DNA of 64,000 nucleotides from Yuukianura sp. NJ FZ-2021. Taxonomy: Eukaryota. Below are positions 23,097-36,040 of the stretch, piece by piece (the first letter of the stretch is position 1; every line of letters begins with the position of its first letter). Under the pieces are notes generated by a model. That model had not been told where the DNA came from, ran no database searches, and saw only the letters and a program-made list of their open reading frames with translations. Made by a program: the position numbers and the translations under genes. Where the stretch lies: contig CM102286.1 in the NCBI GenBank assembly GCA_046563655.1, forward strand, positions 6,076,001 to 6,140,000. The letters run 5' to 3'.

Positions 23097-25157
23097 TATT
23101 TCACACTAGTATTGTCTCACATGTGACGAACAGAAATTGGAACTCGATAAATGCGAGGTTAGAAAATTGTGGAACTTGTAAAAGCGTTTGAAAGCTGCAA
23201 CCAAAATCAGAGTAACTTGAAAAAAGTAATAAGTATAAAATCTCCTACGTAAAATTCCTACGTTACAGTCTCGCACGGTACGTTTTCAGAATTCATAAGG
23301 GAGTATGAGTCGATCTGTTCCGCATTTGTTTTCCAAGCATGATTGAGCCTGACTCTGTAATGTAACCATTCTGGGTAATATCCGTCCTAATAAGTTCCAA
23401 TAAACGACAAAACGATGTCCCTGACCTGCTTCAGAACTTACGACGAGACGAAATTGGACGGAAACCAAAATCCTTTCGTCCTCTGCAGCTTTTTGATCTT
23501 TCTCGTGCACAAACTATGTTTTGCAAATTCATGGTGTTATTTTGCTCTCACTGTCCTAAAAATGTTTAAAAACTAAAGCAAGCATCAACATTATTATAAA
23601 ATCCAACTGAAAAATTGGATATTATGAAACATTTCATACGCTCACTTCAATGTAATGTGTTTATATACGCACGAATGTATTTTACAATAGAGCTTGAAAA
23701 TGACCAAGTGCAATGTATTGCACCATGTTCGAATTTTTGGAAAAGTAAAAGAAAGACAAGCCACGAATAGGATAGGAGAACCTAATGGAGAAAGTTGGGC
23801 TTAACTGGAGTTACTTATAAGAAAATAGGATTTTTTGAACAATTTTCAGTTTTATCCCTTGACAATCCAAAAACTCTTCCAGGAACTATTCGAGTCCAAC
23901 TCTCTTCCCTTCCTTTTTCTTTCCTGACGTGAATTCTAATTTATTTTCTTCAGCTCAGTCAGTCCTTCCGTTTCCATTACTGCACAAAGCATTGGACTGA
24001 ATATCGCTTCCGCTTTTTCCTTGTTCAAAATTCTGTGTCCTCACAGTTACACTTTCTCAATCAAACTACACCAAAAATATCCAAATTTTTGGAACAAACA
24101 CTGAAAACAGAAAAAGAAAAGTTAAACGACTTATAGACACGAGTTACTCATTTAGTCATACACCAATTGTGATGCTTTCTGATGCTAAATGAAATCGAAT
24201 GAGAAAAAAATATAAATAAACACACTTCAAATGGTGATTGGTACAAAGTTGGCAGCTTCAGTAACTAAAGTTGGCAAACCGGAATTTTGGCAAAGACTTT
24301 TAAAGCAACGGAGTGTTGTGATTGGCTTTTGATATTGATGAGCTAAAGGCCGTTTACTGTGCAGCACATTTCAACACCTTCTTTTGAAAGAACTTTTCTT
24401 TGCTAAAATGGACGCTTCAAATTGGTGATTGATTATTAACATAATATGGAGTAATTTGCGGTATATACTGAAATTCTCACGTAGATTTTCATGTGATCAC
24501 ATTTAATGTATGATGAATCGGGATCTGGCAAACTATCGAACCAATTTTGAGCTTTCCAACCAACTTTCGTTTTTTTTTTCAACTCCATTTTGCTCCCACT
24601 ACTTAAATCCTAGTGCATACGCACCTTCAGAAAATTAGTTGTGGTAAGAGTCTTATCACAACTAATTTCGACTTCCTAATTACCGTAAGACTATATTTCA
24701 GATACGCTATATTATTGTTATTTACGCGTTAGGGCTCGTTTTTATTTCATGTATCCTATAGCATTTACTGACGTCTGGAATTTGGTGGAAGATTTTGAAG
24801 AGTAAATCAGATACTATGCGACTTTCGTAACAACTAAAAGTCTCAAACACACAAAATCATGAGTTTTGTTCATTGCACTATTTTTCTTTTGTTCAGACTA
24901 ACATAAGGGAAATATTTGGTAATTAATTCTTAGCCCTCTTCGTCCCTGTAACCCTCCCACTCCTCAGATGAGTCAAAGGACAAGTCCCTTTAATGCGTAC
25001 ACTTTGCGCCTACCCCACCCTAACTTCTAATCTTCTAGAAGGATACATTTCTATTGTGAACTTTGGAATTGGATCCAGTTTCCAGTCCCATTTTACATGA
25101 GAATCACTTTGATCAGATGAACATAGATTTTACAAAGGATCAAGTTCAGTGTTAGCA

Positions 25158-27219
25158 ATGGAGGAACGAACACCTCGCTCGCGTTACGTCTGGAATTGGG
25201 ACCCAACTGTCCGGGTGTATCATACAGCAGAATTCGCGTATTCATCGAAAGCCTTGTTCGACATAAGTGACATAAGGGGTGACGGATGGATCAAGTAAGT
25301 TCGAGCGTTGCCCACGGAGGTTGAGTGTTGGGGGTTGCCTCTGTCATGAATTAATTCGACTTTTTTGTATTGAGTTCAAGTTATTTATGATATCACAGAT
25401 AGTATTTTATATATATTAAATCATGCACAAACCAAAAACGGATGAAAAAATAAGGGCCAATCCAAAAAAGTCCAATCCACTAAGGGCTGTTTTCAATAAG
25501 AGCCAAAGAAATTAAGGGGGGCCAATTTAGGGTAAAGTTATTTAAACTTCGAAATTTAATTTATAGCCGAAATTTCAAAAAAAAAAATGCAATTTTTTTG
25601 CCTTGGATTTCGCTCAAAATTGGTTTTCAGACTAATTCAAGTATGTTAAACGCTAATATCAAATAATTAATTATGTTTTATGTATTAATTTTTTTTATGT
25701 TTGATTAGCCACTTGGCATGCGGTCAGAATGAAAATGGATTCTAACTAACCGTTGTTTTTGCATAACACAAATATACAGTCGAATTAACTACAAAATTAC
25801 TAAAAAGTTTCTTAAGTTCAACTTTATTTTTGACTAGTTGTCATATTAAGTTGCGAGTGGAAACTAAGAAAGACTTACGTGCGTATAACGAGGACCTAGA
25901 CTATGAGTTTGTATTTGAGGAAGGCAATGTTCGAATGGTCGGGATTTCACCGGATAAACGTGGAGCAGCGTTTTTTGACGCACTTGAGGTTAGTGTGAAT
26001 ATTTAAGAGCAGAAAAAATTCCGATGTTATAAATTCTAAATTAAACAAAAATTGAAAGTTAAGTTTTAATTTCAAAAGGTTGGCGTCACTTACAAGGTCT
26101 CGGGAACGATCCTTGTTAGGCCAAGGAACTTCAATTATGTGACGCAATCCACGCAGGATTTTGATTTGTTCTTCTTCGGATTACATGATTGTACCAGGAT
26201 CGCTTTGCAAGACACTACTTCGCCTCTTTCGGCATCACCCATCCTTGCTGGAATTCCGAAAAGTAAACACAACGTTGATACTTTCCGTGTAGCTTCCTTA
26301 AAGAGCCAAACAATTTTAACATTAATTTTTCTATTTATTTTTTTTTAAATAATTTTTCTCAAAAATCTTAATAAAAATTTGTGGTTTTCTGGAATTTTGC
26401 ATCAGTTTTGGAGGAATTAAGCCATTGTTATCCTGAAGACGGGATCTTGGAAGACTTAGAAGGGGTGAAAGTGGTGGATGGAAAAGTGCAGCGATACATC
26501 AAATGCAACATTTGCACCAAATGCGTATGTCGTGTTCCTATACAATCAGACTCTAGCTGAATCTGTTAGTTGTTTATTTGCATAAAATACTTAACAACTC
26601 GAATAATATTTAGTTCCGAATAGATGAAAAACCATTTTGCCTTTGCATGAATTGGAGATGCAAGAACAGGCGCATGGAACCCGAAGTTTACATGTACATT
26701 AAGGTATAATTCTAACAATAGTATAAGGCTTAGTTGCAGAATTTCAAATTATATATGTATAACTTCTACATGACATTGGCCTGTCTTTGCGTTTTACAGG
26801 GTTTGACATTGGAAGATGGCAATTCTAAACAATTGCCAGAGTTGCTTGCTTTTAACGAAGCCTGTGAAGCCATACTCGGCAAAGAGCCAAAGGACTTCCT
26901 CCATGATGGCGAAGCGAATGATCTACTCAAACGAATGTTCAATTCCATGCTTATCAACGTCAGAATTATTGTAGAAAAGGTACTAACTTTACTTTTTCTT
27001 ATTTAAAAAAAAATTATAAGTTTGTAATTTAAATAATAATTGAAAATGTATTCAAAGCCTACGCCTGAAAATCCGATTCCGAGAAAGGTTGCTAAATATG
27101 TGGAGGTAGTACAACGAAAGACATCTACTCCAAACGATTCGCCAGAAAATGATGATGGAAATGGTGTCAATGAACCAATGGTGGTGGATTCATCTTCTGG
27201 ACTGAACTGTTCCAAATAA
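25158..27219 (+). CDS. RPA70 (RPA1)-like OB-fold ssDNA-binding protein, 7 exons, ~340 aa (5' end may extend further)
   Basis: Exons 25158-25294, 25838-25988, 26079-26262, 26406-26524, 26614-26703, 26800-26979 and 27058-27219 are all GT-AG, phase-consistent and stop-free (1023 nt). IKLRVETKKDLRAYN...EEGNVRMVG...FFDALEVGVTYKVS...QDFDLFF resembles RPA70 DBD-A. YIKCNICTKC...CLCMNWRC...LEDG...LLAFNEACEAILG resembles the zinc-containing DBD-C. Confidence 0.7.
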
Positions 27220-27611
27220 TATCTCCGTACTTAATTACATGTTTTTTTAATGATTTTGTTGAAATCCCATTTCAAAATTTTATTTTATACTGTGTGTATG
27301 TGATTTTTTTACTTAAATTAGAAAAAAAAATCTTTTAGTTATCGAATCTAAATATATAAATTGTTTTAAAATTAAACACAATACATTCTATGGCTGTTTC
27401 AAATTAAAACAAATTGAAAATCGGTGTTGTTGCGGCTAGAATGTAGTTGTAGTTGTGTGACTAGATTTTCCTAATTTGGCATTAGTATACATACCGTATC
27501 ATTAAAAAGTGAAAGGAGTATGTGAAAGCTTCCATCGTACCTGCCCTTCCTGGTGTCCAATTCTCATTTTTACCTTCTTTATCAAATCTTAGCTTTAGCG
27601 TAGTTATAATA

Positions 27612-28204
27612 CAGTGCGGCTAATTCCCCCTAGTAAATGCTTTCTCCAATTTCAAACAAAAAAGGCGGGAAACAGCGAGTTTTGCGCGGGCTTTCAATTT
27701 TCTTTTGTTCAAATCAAACGAAACAAATTCTAGTTCAATTAGAGTTAGACAGTAAATTAAAGTTATTCAATAATTAACTGACAGTAACCTTCTACACATT
27801 AATCAGTTAACGCAGATAACAGCCATACCACAACTGACAAGCCAATTCAAAGTCGTTAATTTTCAATTTCTGTGTTTCCTGCTTCCTAATACAAAATTTA
27901 GTCTAAACAATTCAATTAGTACCTGGTTTTGCTTAGTCGGCGGTGAGTGAAACGTTGTGTGAAGGGTCTCGATCAATTGATTCAACGACACCACTTTCAT
28001 TATTTGGTTAATACCAAAAAAACAACTTAATTGAAATCTTAGTTAAGTCAGATGAGCGAACAGAGTGAGAGAATAAAGCAAAGACAAAAACAGTTTTGTT
28101 TTTCTCTTTGTTTTGAGTTCTTCTTGCCGCGCAATTTCGGCGCGCAAAGAAAGTTTCCTCCCCACCCACGGGAAAGCATTTACTGGGGGTAATTAGCCGC
28201 ACTG
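27612..28204. mobile_element. Tc1/mariner-type MITE (593 bp)
   Basis: ~33-bp TIRs CAGTGCGGCTAATT(C/A)CCCC(T/C)AGTAAATGCTTTC, flanked by TA on both sides (27610-27611, 28205-28206). Confidence 0.85.
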
Positions 28205-31200
28205 TATAACGACAAAAAAGGCTATGATTTATTCGATGGAACTAGGGACTTGTAAGTTATGATTAATGTCAAGCCTTCATTTCCTAAGTTGCAAGCCTCG
28301 AGACGACTCTCACCTTCACGGAGCCTTAGCACCTACGTAACATTTTTCTAAAACAGAAAATACACAGGATCTTTCCGCTCATTTCAACACTCACTGAGCA
28401 CTACTCTGGAAAGTACTTTTCGGATTACAGAAAGAAAGTGTGGGGCAGATTGTACACAAAGTTTTGAAATAGGAAGAAAACTGTTGTTCAAGATGCAGCG
28501 CTAGACGCAGCATCTTTGTCCCAAGTGGATTGAACAAGCCTTCTGAATGCTTTGTACAACTTTACTATGTGCATGTGTGCTGGAAGCTAAGGAAGATATG
28601 TTGAAGGCAATTTTCAACCATACTATGAGAAATTGGATCTGCGAAGAGGCAGGATGATGAGTGGTGCTGAATTAGTAATTATAAATTATCGTCAGCAGAA
28701 TGTTTGAAAAAAAAAGGCTTGTCGGCAGTCAAAAATAGCGCCAAAGGCCAAAAACTGACTTTCATTTATGAATGAACATAAATTGGATTTTGGGTTTTCG
28801 ACAGAACTTTTTTTCATTTTTTAGAGACGTGGCGTAGAGATTTTTTTTTCTTTACTGAGATTCTATAAAGTGGGTAGATAATTTACCAGCAGAATAAATA
28901 GGGATTTGGAACAAATTGCCAAACAGCCTTTCACTTTCTGTGCTTACTCTGTTGTGTCCATTTGGTTTTTCTATTGTGCTTTCATTGAGTTATTGCCATT
29001 GGAGAAAGTACGAGGAGTTGAAAAGAAGATGTTAGCAGAGTGAAACTTACTGAAGTCTTGCTTTAAACATACAACATACTGCCTTAATGTAACTCCACAA
29101 TAGATCCACTTTTTACAATAGGAAATCTATTATACTTGATTTTCCGGAAATATTTTCCAATTTGTCTCAGTATTCGATTTATTATTGTCGAACTTTGGTT
29201 CAGTTCAAACTTACAAAATTAAAAAAAAAATGGAAAATAAATTAAAATTAGGATCACATTCTGCTATAAAAAATATTCCAAGCCAAACATGTTTTTTGGG
29301 ATATTGGAGCTTGCTTTAAAAAATATTTGTCTAATGAGTTCGAATGTTTCTTGTTTTGACAACTTTGTTTTCTTTCCTCAGTATTTCCTCTTCTTTTTTT
29401 CTATCCTTAATATTAGGCTACCTCTAGCAGGGTTTTCGTTTTGAAACATTTTTGGATTATCCAATTTCAAAATGCTCTACGAGTCCCTGGAAACACAGTC
29501 TCCTTCCGGCATAGTTTCTCCTGTCCCCTTCCTTTCTTTATGTGTCCTAAACGCATTACTCCCTTTCTCTTTACTGGAAATAAGGGCGGGGTAGGGAAAA
29601 TTGGATGCTGGTAAAACGACGTATGGCACATTAGAGAATTCAGCTGGCGGCATCTGACTACTCCGACAGTAGACAAAGGCAGGTATAGAGTGAGACATTT
29701 TCTTGTTTCAAAATATTCACCTTCCTATAAGCAAAACGTCAAGCATTTTGAAAACATAGTTTATGTTTGTCGAAGACATAGTTTGTCAAAGTAAACTAAC
29801 CTAGATACTGCGAGCTGGAATCCGAGAGGCCACCATGATAATGAACACAGAGTTTTTATTTAAAAGTGTCTACAAAATGTTAAGTGTCGCTAATTGAACA
29901 GCTTGTGTAAAGTTTAAGTTTTGCGTATAATATTATTTTTTGTGAAAGAAGTTTTATTTGATTTTACCTTACAAGTGTCACTTACCGATGGTAGTACAGG
30001 CTTTGAAAAATTATACATTAAAAACATAACTTGAAAAGTATTCTTGAATCCATATTTCATGTCTTGGCATAAAGATGAAAGGAAAAGTGATTTCATCTGC
30101 TTCGTAGTTAAGATTCTGCAGAGTAGCCGAAAAAGAAAAAAAAGGGAAAGTGTCTGAGTCCTTTAGTTTTCCACTTGAAGCTTTTAATTTCATCTGAGAT
30201 TTCACTTAAAGTAAAGGAGCATTTGAGAAAGCTCTTAAAAGTGTCGGTCGAAAGCAAACACCGAGCAAAAAATAAAGTCGGCGGGAGAAAAATGGCAGAA
30301 GGTGGTCCATTACACTACTACGCCTATTATAATTACACTAAAACACTAGTATTAAAGCAGAATCGACCAATGTTAAAAAAAAATACTCACATTTTTGGAT
30401 ATTAAATATGATTCTTTTAGCTTTGCATATTTCAGGGAAAAAAATTTGTATATTTATTTGTTCCTTTCAAGACAAAAGTATGAACTGCTTCATGTGTTGT
30501 TTAATGTGTTCATTCTAACAAAGTCTTAGAACTTGTTTGATGGGAAGCACTGTGTGGGACTTGGCCGAACGACAATCGTTTTAGGAGTAATGCGTGGATC
30601 CGGTTGGCAAAATGGTTCAGGACAACATGAAGGACGAATCTGGCAAATTGAAGTGAGTTTTACCAAAATTTAAAAAAACAAACAAAGTTGGAAATGTATT
30701 GCAAACTAACGATTCCACAGTAAGCATCGGGGACACAACGTATGCAGCAAGGGTCACCTGGAATTTTGCATACGTGAATTCCAAACATGAAAGTTACTAC
30801 GAGTTACTTTTAACTTACACCACATCGGACACGCCGGCGGCATTCCCCAACCTCCACACGTTCCGAAAATCTGGTCAATAATAGTAAATAGATTAGTCAA
30901 TTGTTCATTAGTCAATTGACTTATTGTGGACTTCTCTATTAGTAAGTAATTAAAAGCGTGTTAATTTTGTATAAGCGGACTTACCTTTTCGCAGTCCATG
31001 TAGCCACAACGTGGCCTTGCTAAGTTTCCAACATACTTCTCGCACATGGTGAAATCTATTGAATACAAAGAATTTAGAATTTGGAAGGCTTACTACCACT
31101 TGAGATTCCCTCCCAAAATCAATTTTTTTTGGGAAGCGGGCCTCCTCGCCCCGGACTGATTGCAGATGCAGGTACTAACAAAAATTTGTCGCAACAAACA

Positions 31201-32098
31201 TAAGCACTGTTCCTTAAGTAACGGCTCTCAGTTTTGAATTTATTCCTAATGCATCTAAAAACAATTCTGAAAGCGTTTTTGTGTAGGGACGATGAGACTT
31301 TTTCCTGGATAAGGTGAGATTATGACAAATGCAATAACTTAGGATCGGCGTGCTAGACATTAAAGAATTTTTTAGATTCATTAGATTTTTTAGATTAGAA
31401 AGACAACAGTGTGAATTTGGTTTCTCCGAAAAACTATTTTTTTTAACGTCGCGTATTGCGTTCCACATTGTTGTTGCATGAATATTATACAAAAAAGATG
31501 CAAAAGACCTCGACGGTGCAGTTGCATAAGATTTGGTTACCTTTAGTGCTTTATTTTACGATATTATTTTAGTGGAAGCATGAAAATTGTTCTTTTCAAC
31601 TGCATAGCTGTTATAATTCCTTACAGTGAAATTATTTACACTTGGAAAAGACTTTCGCTGGAAAAGAATCTTCCAGTCATACATAAACAGGAGATCATAT
31701 TTAGTAAAAAAGATAAATTGCAGGAAACGCAGCGGGAAAGTTATTCAAAAATAATTATCTAACCACAATTAACAATACTTTAATACCGCAGCAGATCATT
31801 TTTGTAATCTGTTCCATATACAACTTCTAAAAATTTGTGTAAACACTGAAAAGACAGTCTAAAATTTGAAGTCAATAAGTATTTTTGAGTTCATTATAAA
31901 CAGTAATTAATTTATAATTAAATTACTAGTCAAATCAAATTTCGTACAGCAAGTTTGCAGTGTGTTTAGGAGTTAAAAAGCAACTGAAGCTCACTTTAGA
32001 TGAATTCAAATTTTGAGCTCAAATGATTTTTTCGACTGTGGACTTCCGCTTTAATATTCAAAGGGTTTAAATATTTTCCAAACTAATTCCAAAGGAAA

Positions 32099-32894
32099 AT
32101 GTTGTCAACGCCCAAAACTCGAAAGAAGGCTCAACGAATTGCAATATCCGAAATTGTAAGCTGGTTTAGTTTCAATTTCTTTTGTTAATTATTTATTAAA
32201 CATATCGTTTGGTTTTTAGGTAATTCCTATCATACTTCTCACTGCTCTTGGAAGTACCGTGATCGTCTTATGCCTTAAAATTGCAAATTCCGATTCCATG
32301 CTAAATGAGAATGAAGAACGCACTGAAGGTTAACCGTTACTCCCTATAAATTGTACAGCCTGTATTGGTCGAAAACGTTTAAAATTAATATATCCTTGTA
32401 AATTTTAGTAAAGTGGGTTAACAACTTGACCTTAGTGATGACCTACAGCAGTCTGGATTTGTTGTCGGCGTATCTCATATACGCTGGAATCAAGGAGGTT
32501 GTAACCTCTTAGTTTTCATGAGAAGTTTTTAAACTAACAGAACTGCATGGAAGACTGCTATAATTTCTTAGTTATGTATTTAATTTTGGTAAATTTTCAG
32601 GAGAGCTACTGGAAATGCCTGTTTTGGGTAATTATCCAAATCTTCGCCCTCTGCCTTCTTGGAACAGGCGTCGTCATGCGCAGTAGCAGTGGCGTCATGG
32701 ATGGATTTCAACTTTTCGAGTTGATTGTACTCTGTTTGGCCATTTTCCTTTACAAAATCCATCGCGTCATCTTTGTTGCCGGTTTACTGAAGGAACTCAA
32801 GCAATTGCAAAACTCGACGAAAAAAGTGATTGGTCCAACCAGACCAAAAGCAAGCAATGTGGAGGAACCGTCATGTCTCACCTCAACGCTTTAA
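32099..32894 (+). CDS. Small four-TM membrane protein (DUF4728/LAPTM-like architecture), 4 exons, 182 aa
   Basis: Exons 32099-32155, 32220-32328, 32409-32497 and 32601-32894 are GT-AG and phase-consistent. Four hydrophobic segments, including LIYAGIKEESYWKCLFWVIIQ. Family assignment is tentative. Confidence 0.6.
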
Positions 32895-35800
32895 TTTACA
32901 CAACATTTGTCAAGTAGTTTTGCAGACAAAGAGACTTTTGAAGTAGTGATTTCCATTTCTAGAATTTAATAAACCTCAAAGCCAGTTTCTAAGATTGTCG
33001 AATTCCAATCTTGCCTAAATTCCCAGTGGACAGTATTATCAATAGTGGACATTATTTAAGTTATAAACTTTCAGGGAATTTAGAGTTTCCAAAACAAATT
33101 CCAAACGCAATTCTAGTCATTCTTAGGTTTATTTGTGACGCGTCGATTAGTTATGCTGAATACGGTGATCTTTTGGAATTTTGAATTGCGTTGAATCGTT
33201 TCAAGTGTAGATCATAAGTAGTTGGAGTTAACATCAGCAAAACATCAGTTTTGGACACGCTTCCACTCCAGGACATGGTGGCAAAGGCTGAGAGCGTAAT
33301 CAAATATCAAAAGTAATTATTTTCCATACTTTTGTTTACAGAAGGTTTGAATTTTTTAAACTTTTGGAGTTTCACTTACACATCCCGGAGGACAAGCATT
33401 ACAACCTAGAACGAGCAATTAATAAAAATAGTAATTAGTTCATTATTTAAACTCTAATGGTTAATTTTAAACTTTTAGTACCGGAAATATTTATGGGAAT
33501 GTACTTACTAGGATTTGGGCATGTGTTTTTCGGTCGCACAATCACTGCTGGCGGTGGGGATGGTGGGATTGGGACCTGCAAGAAGTGAATTTAGTAACAT
33601 CGATTCAAGTTATTCAATACGATTTGAATGTGCTATATTTTAATCAGTTGTTTAAATTCTCGGTCTTACCAAGTAGCTTGTGTCAGCGTTTGTGCGTGGC
33701 GTTGGAGAACAACAAGGAGCCGGGCAGCACTTGAAGATGGGGCAAGGAGTCATCTATACAAAAATTAACTTTGCTGATCAACGTGCCTGACTTTTCCTAA
33801 GCTCAATCAAAAGTGACACTTACGCAAGTAGGATCCGGTGGACAGCGCATGTACAAGCGAGGTCTTGGGCAAGGACGACAAGGGCCCTCTTCGCAGGGCT
33901 TAGGAAGGCATGTTGGAATGCATGGGTTGCAACAGCAGCTTGAGCACGGAACCTAGTGAATAAAACATAGACTACCTACATGAAAAACTGTAACATGGAA
34001 CTTGGAGTCTTTAGGTGGAATTGCTGACTTACCGGATAACAACAAGATGGAACTGGTTTCGGTGGCAGGCAGCTTGGGAAATTTCGGTTTTCGGATCTGT
34101 AGCCACCTCCACCACCGCCGGCCGGAAACTAAAAATAAATCAACCAATGAAAATTTCTTCTTTCGAGAGTTGGCATAACCTGTGACAACCAAGTGCATCT
34201 TTGTGAACTTACCCCATTGCAGCCACCACAAACTTTTTGACCGCAAAACATTTCTGGTTTTCTGCCTGGATTTGGTTGGATTTGGAAATTTAAAAAATTT
34301 GGAATTTGAAGAAAGGACGTAAAATTTTGAATGTGGAGTTGTTTCTGGTGGGTGACTTCGAAGCTTTGGTTTCTAACAAAAATCAAACCGGTCCTGATTT
34401 GTAATTTTGGCTTGTTGATTTGTAACAAAAGGGACAACTTTATCCTGTCGCCATGGCAACAACGCAGGATCAACGAAAATCAAAGAATTTTATTTTTGTT
34501 TTCAAAACTGCATTTAAAAAAAAACGAGTTTTGTAAACTGCTCTCCATGGATATAAGATCAAAAGTGCGGTCAAATGTTCACGCGCCAGTGCATGAAAAA
34601 CTAGCTCGGGCTACAGAAACAAAAAAGTACGCTATGAAACTTAAGAACGCTTCCCTCGAGAGCACTTTTTATTTTAAGTGAAATTTAATCTCCCTCAAAA
34701 TCTTTTTAATTTCACAAATTTTAACATTTGAGACAAAATTTTGAGTGGGCTAGTTTTTAAAGAGTTATTCGTGTTTTATCTTTGGCTTCCTTCTTTTGTA
34801 TGAGTGCACGAAGTTACAAGAGACAAAACAAAAAAAAGTTGCAGCAAAGGACAATGAACATCTATCTGTAAATCTTGTATCTCAAAAGCGAAGCTATAAA
34901 TTTTTAATGTTATTCGCATAGAAGCGTTTGTGTGGATAATAATTTGGAAATAAAAAGAACAATGCGTGCGATGTTTGTCACCTCATAAAATTTTAAGGCT
35001 TTTAAATGTATTTGTCTTCCGTTCTTATGAAATACAGCAGAGAGCTCTTCAAATTCCTACAATTAAATAATCCGAGAGCTCAAGCAATTGAAATTCTATA
35101 CAGTATAAAAAACAACGAGGCTTACTTACGTTAGTTAACTCTACTATAGTTACAACTTAACATGTTACGATTTAATTATTTCAAATTCATTATTTAAGCA
35201 TCAGCGCAAAACAAAATATCACGAGATGTAGCATTTTTTTTAGTTTTTCAAACAACCTTACTTTAACTAAATTTTGTGACTTAGATTTTATAAACGGTAC
35301 GGCTTCAACATTGAATCTTCGGTGAGTAAAGGTTTTCCTTGCGCTTGACTTACAAGGCAAATTCCATTGGAAGATATGGCACTATTTTGAATTTCAATTT
35401 CTTAAAATTGTTAACTTTTTCAAAATTTTGAAACAAACAGGTGTAGTTCTAAAATGCTAATGTTTTGTTATAATATTTAAGGTCGGCTTTTATAATATGA
35501 TATGATTGGTTTATATTAATTTTTAGTTCGTGGTTATGTTTAACCTACTTTGCTAGAAAAGGGTTAACTATTGGCAGCTTTCTTAAGTTTTTATGAAAAG
35601 AGTAATATTTTTGAAGAGATCGCGTGTGCCTTGGACAAGCCGATTTTTGCGGAGTTAGTGTGAGAATTCGTTAAAAATGAAGGATGCAAGTTGGAAGATT
35701 TGGTTTCGAAACGAGGCGGCAGGCGAATGACGCTTGTTTTAAAAAGTTAAATAATTCAGAACCATCCATTTTCTTGTGAATTGTTGTCGACTTGTGACTC

Positions 35801-36040
35801 AGTCTCGTGGTTGTAAGTGGGCTCTCTCCCGTCCCAACAGTACTTAAATCCATATGACTTGGTTGAAGTAGAGAGATAATTGCGGAGTGGTGAGGTCGTC
35901 CTTTGTTTTGCCCTGTTTCCGTAGTCATCGTGAAATGAACTGGAACTTCCATTGTTCTGAAGTTGAGGAAGCATGGCAGAAGGGGGGTTGACATTGTTGA
36001 AAATTGTCGCCACACACCGCCCCCGGGGTTCCCGCTGTCG

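Noticed and set aside
30540..31180. Exon-like fragments on the plus strand
   Set aside because: In-frame stops and no recognisable homology; no gene model could be built.
33270..33960. GC-richer exon-like segments
   Set aside because: Stops in all frames and no recognisable family; possibly a decayed gene but unsupported.
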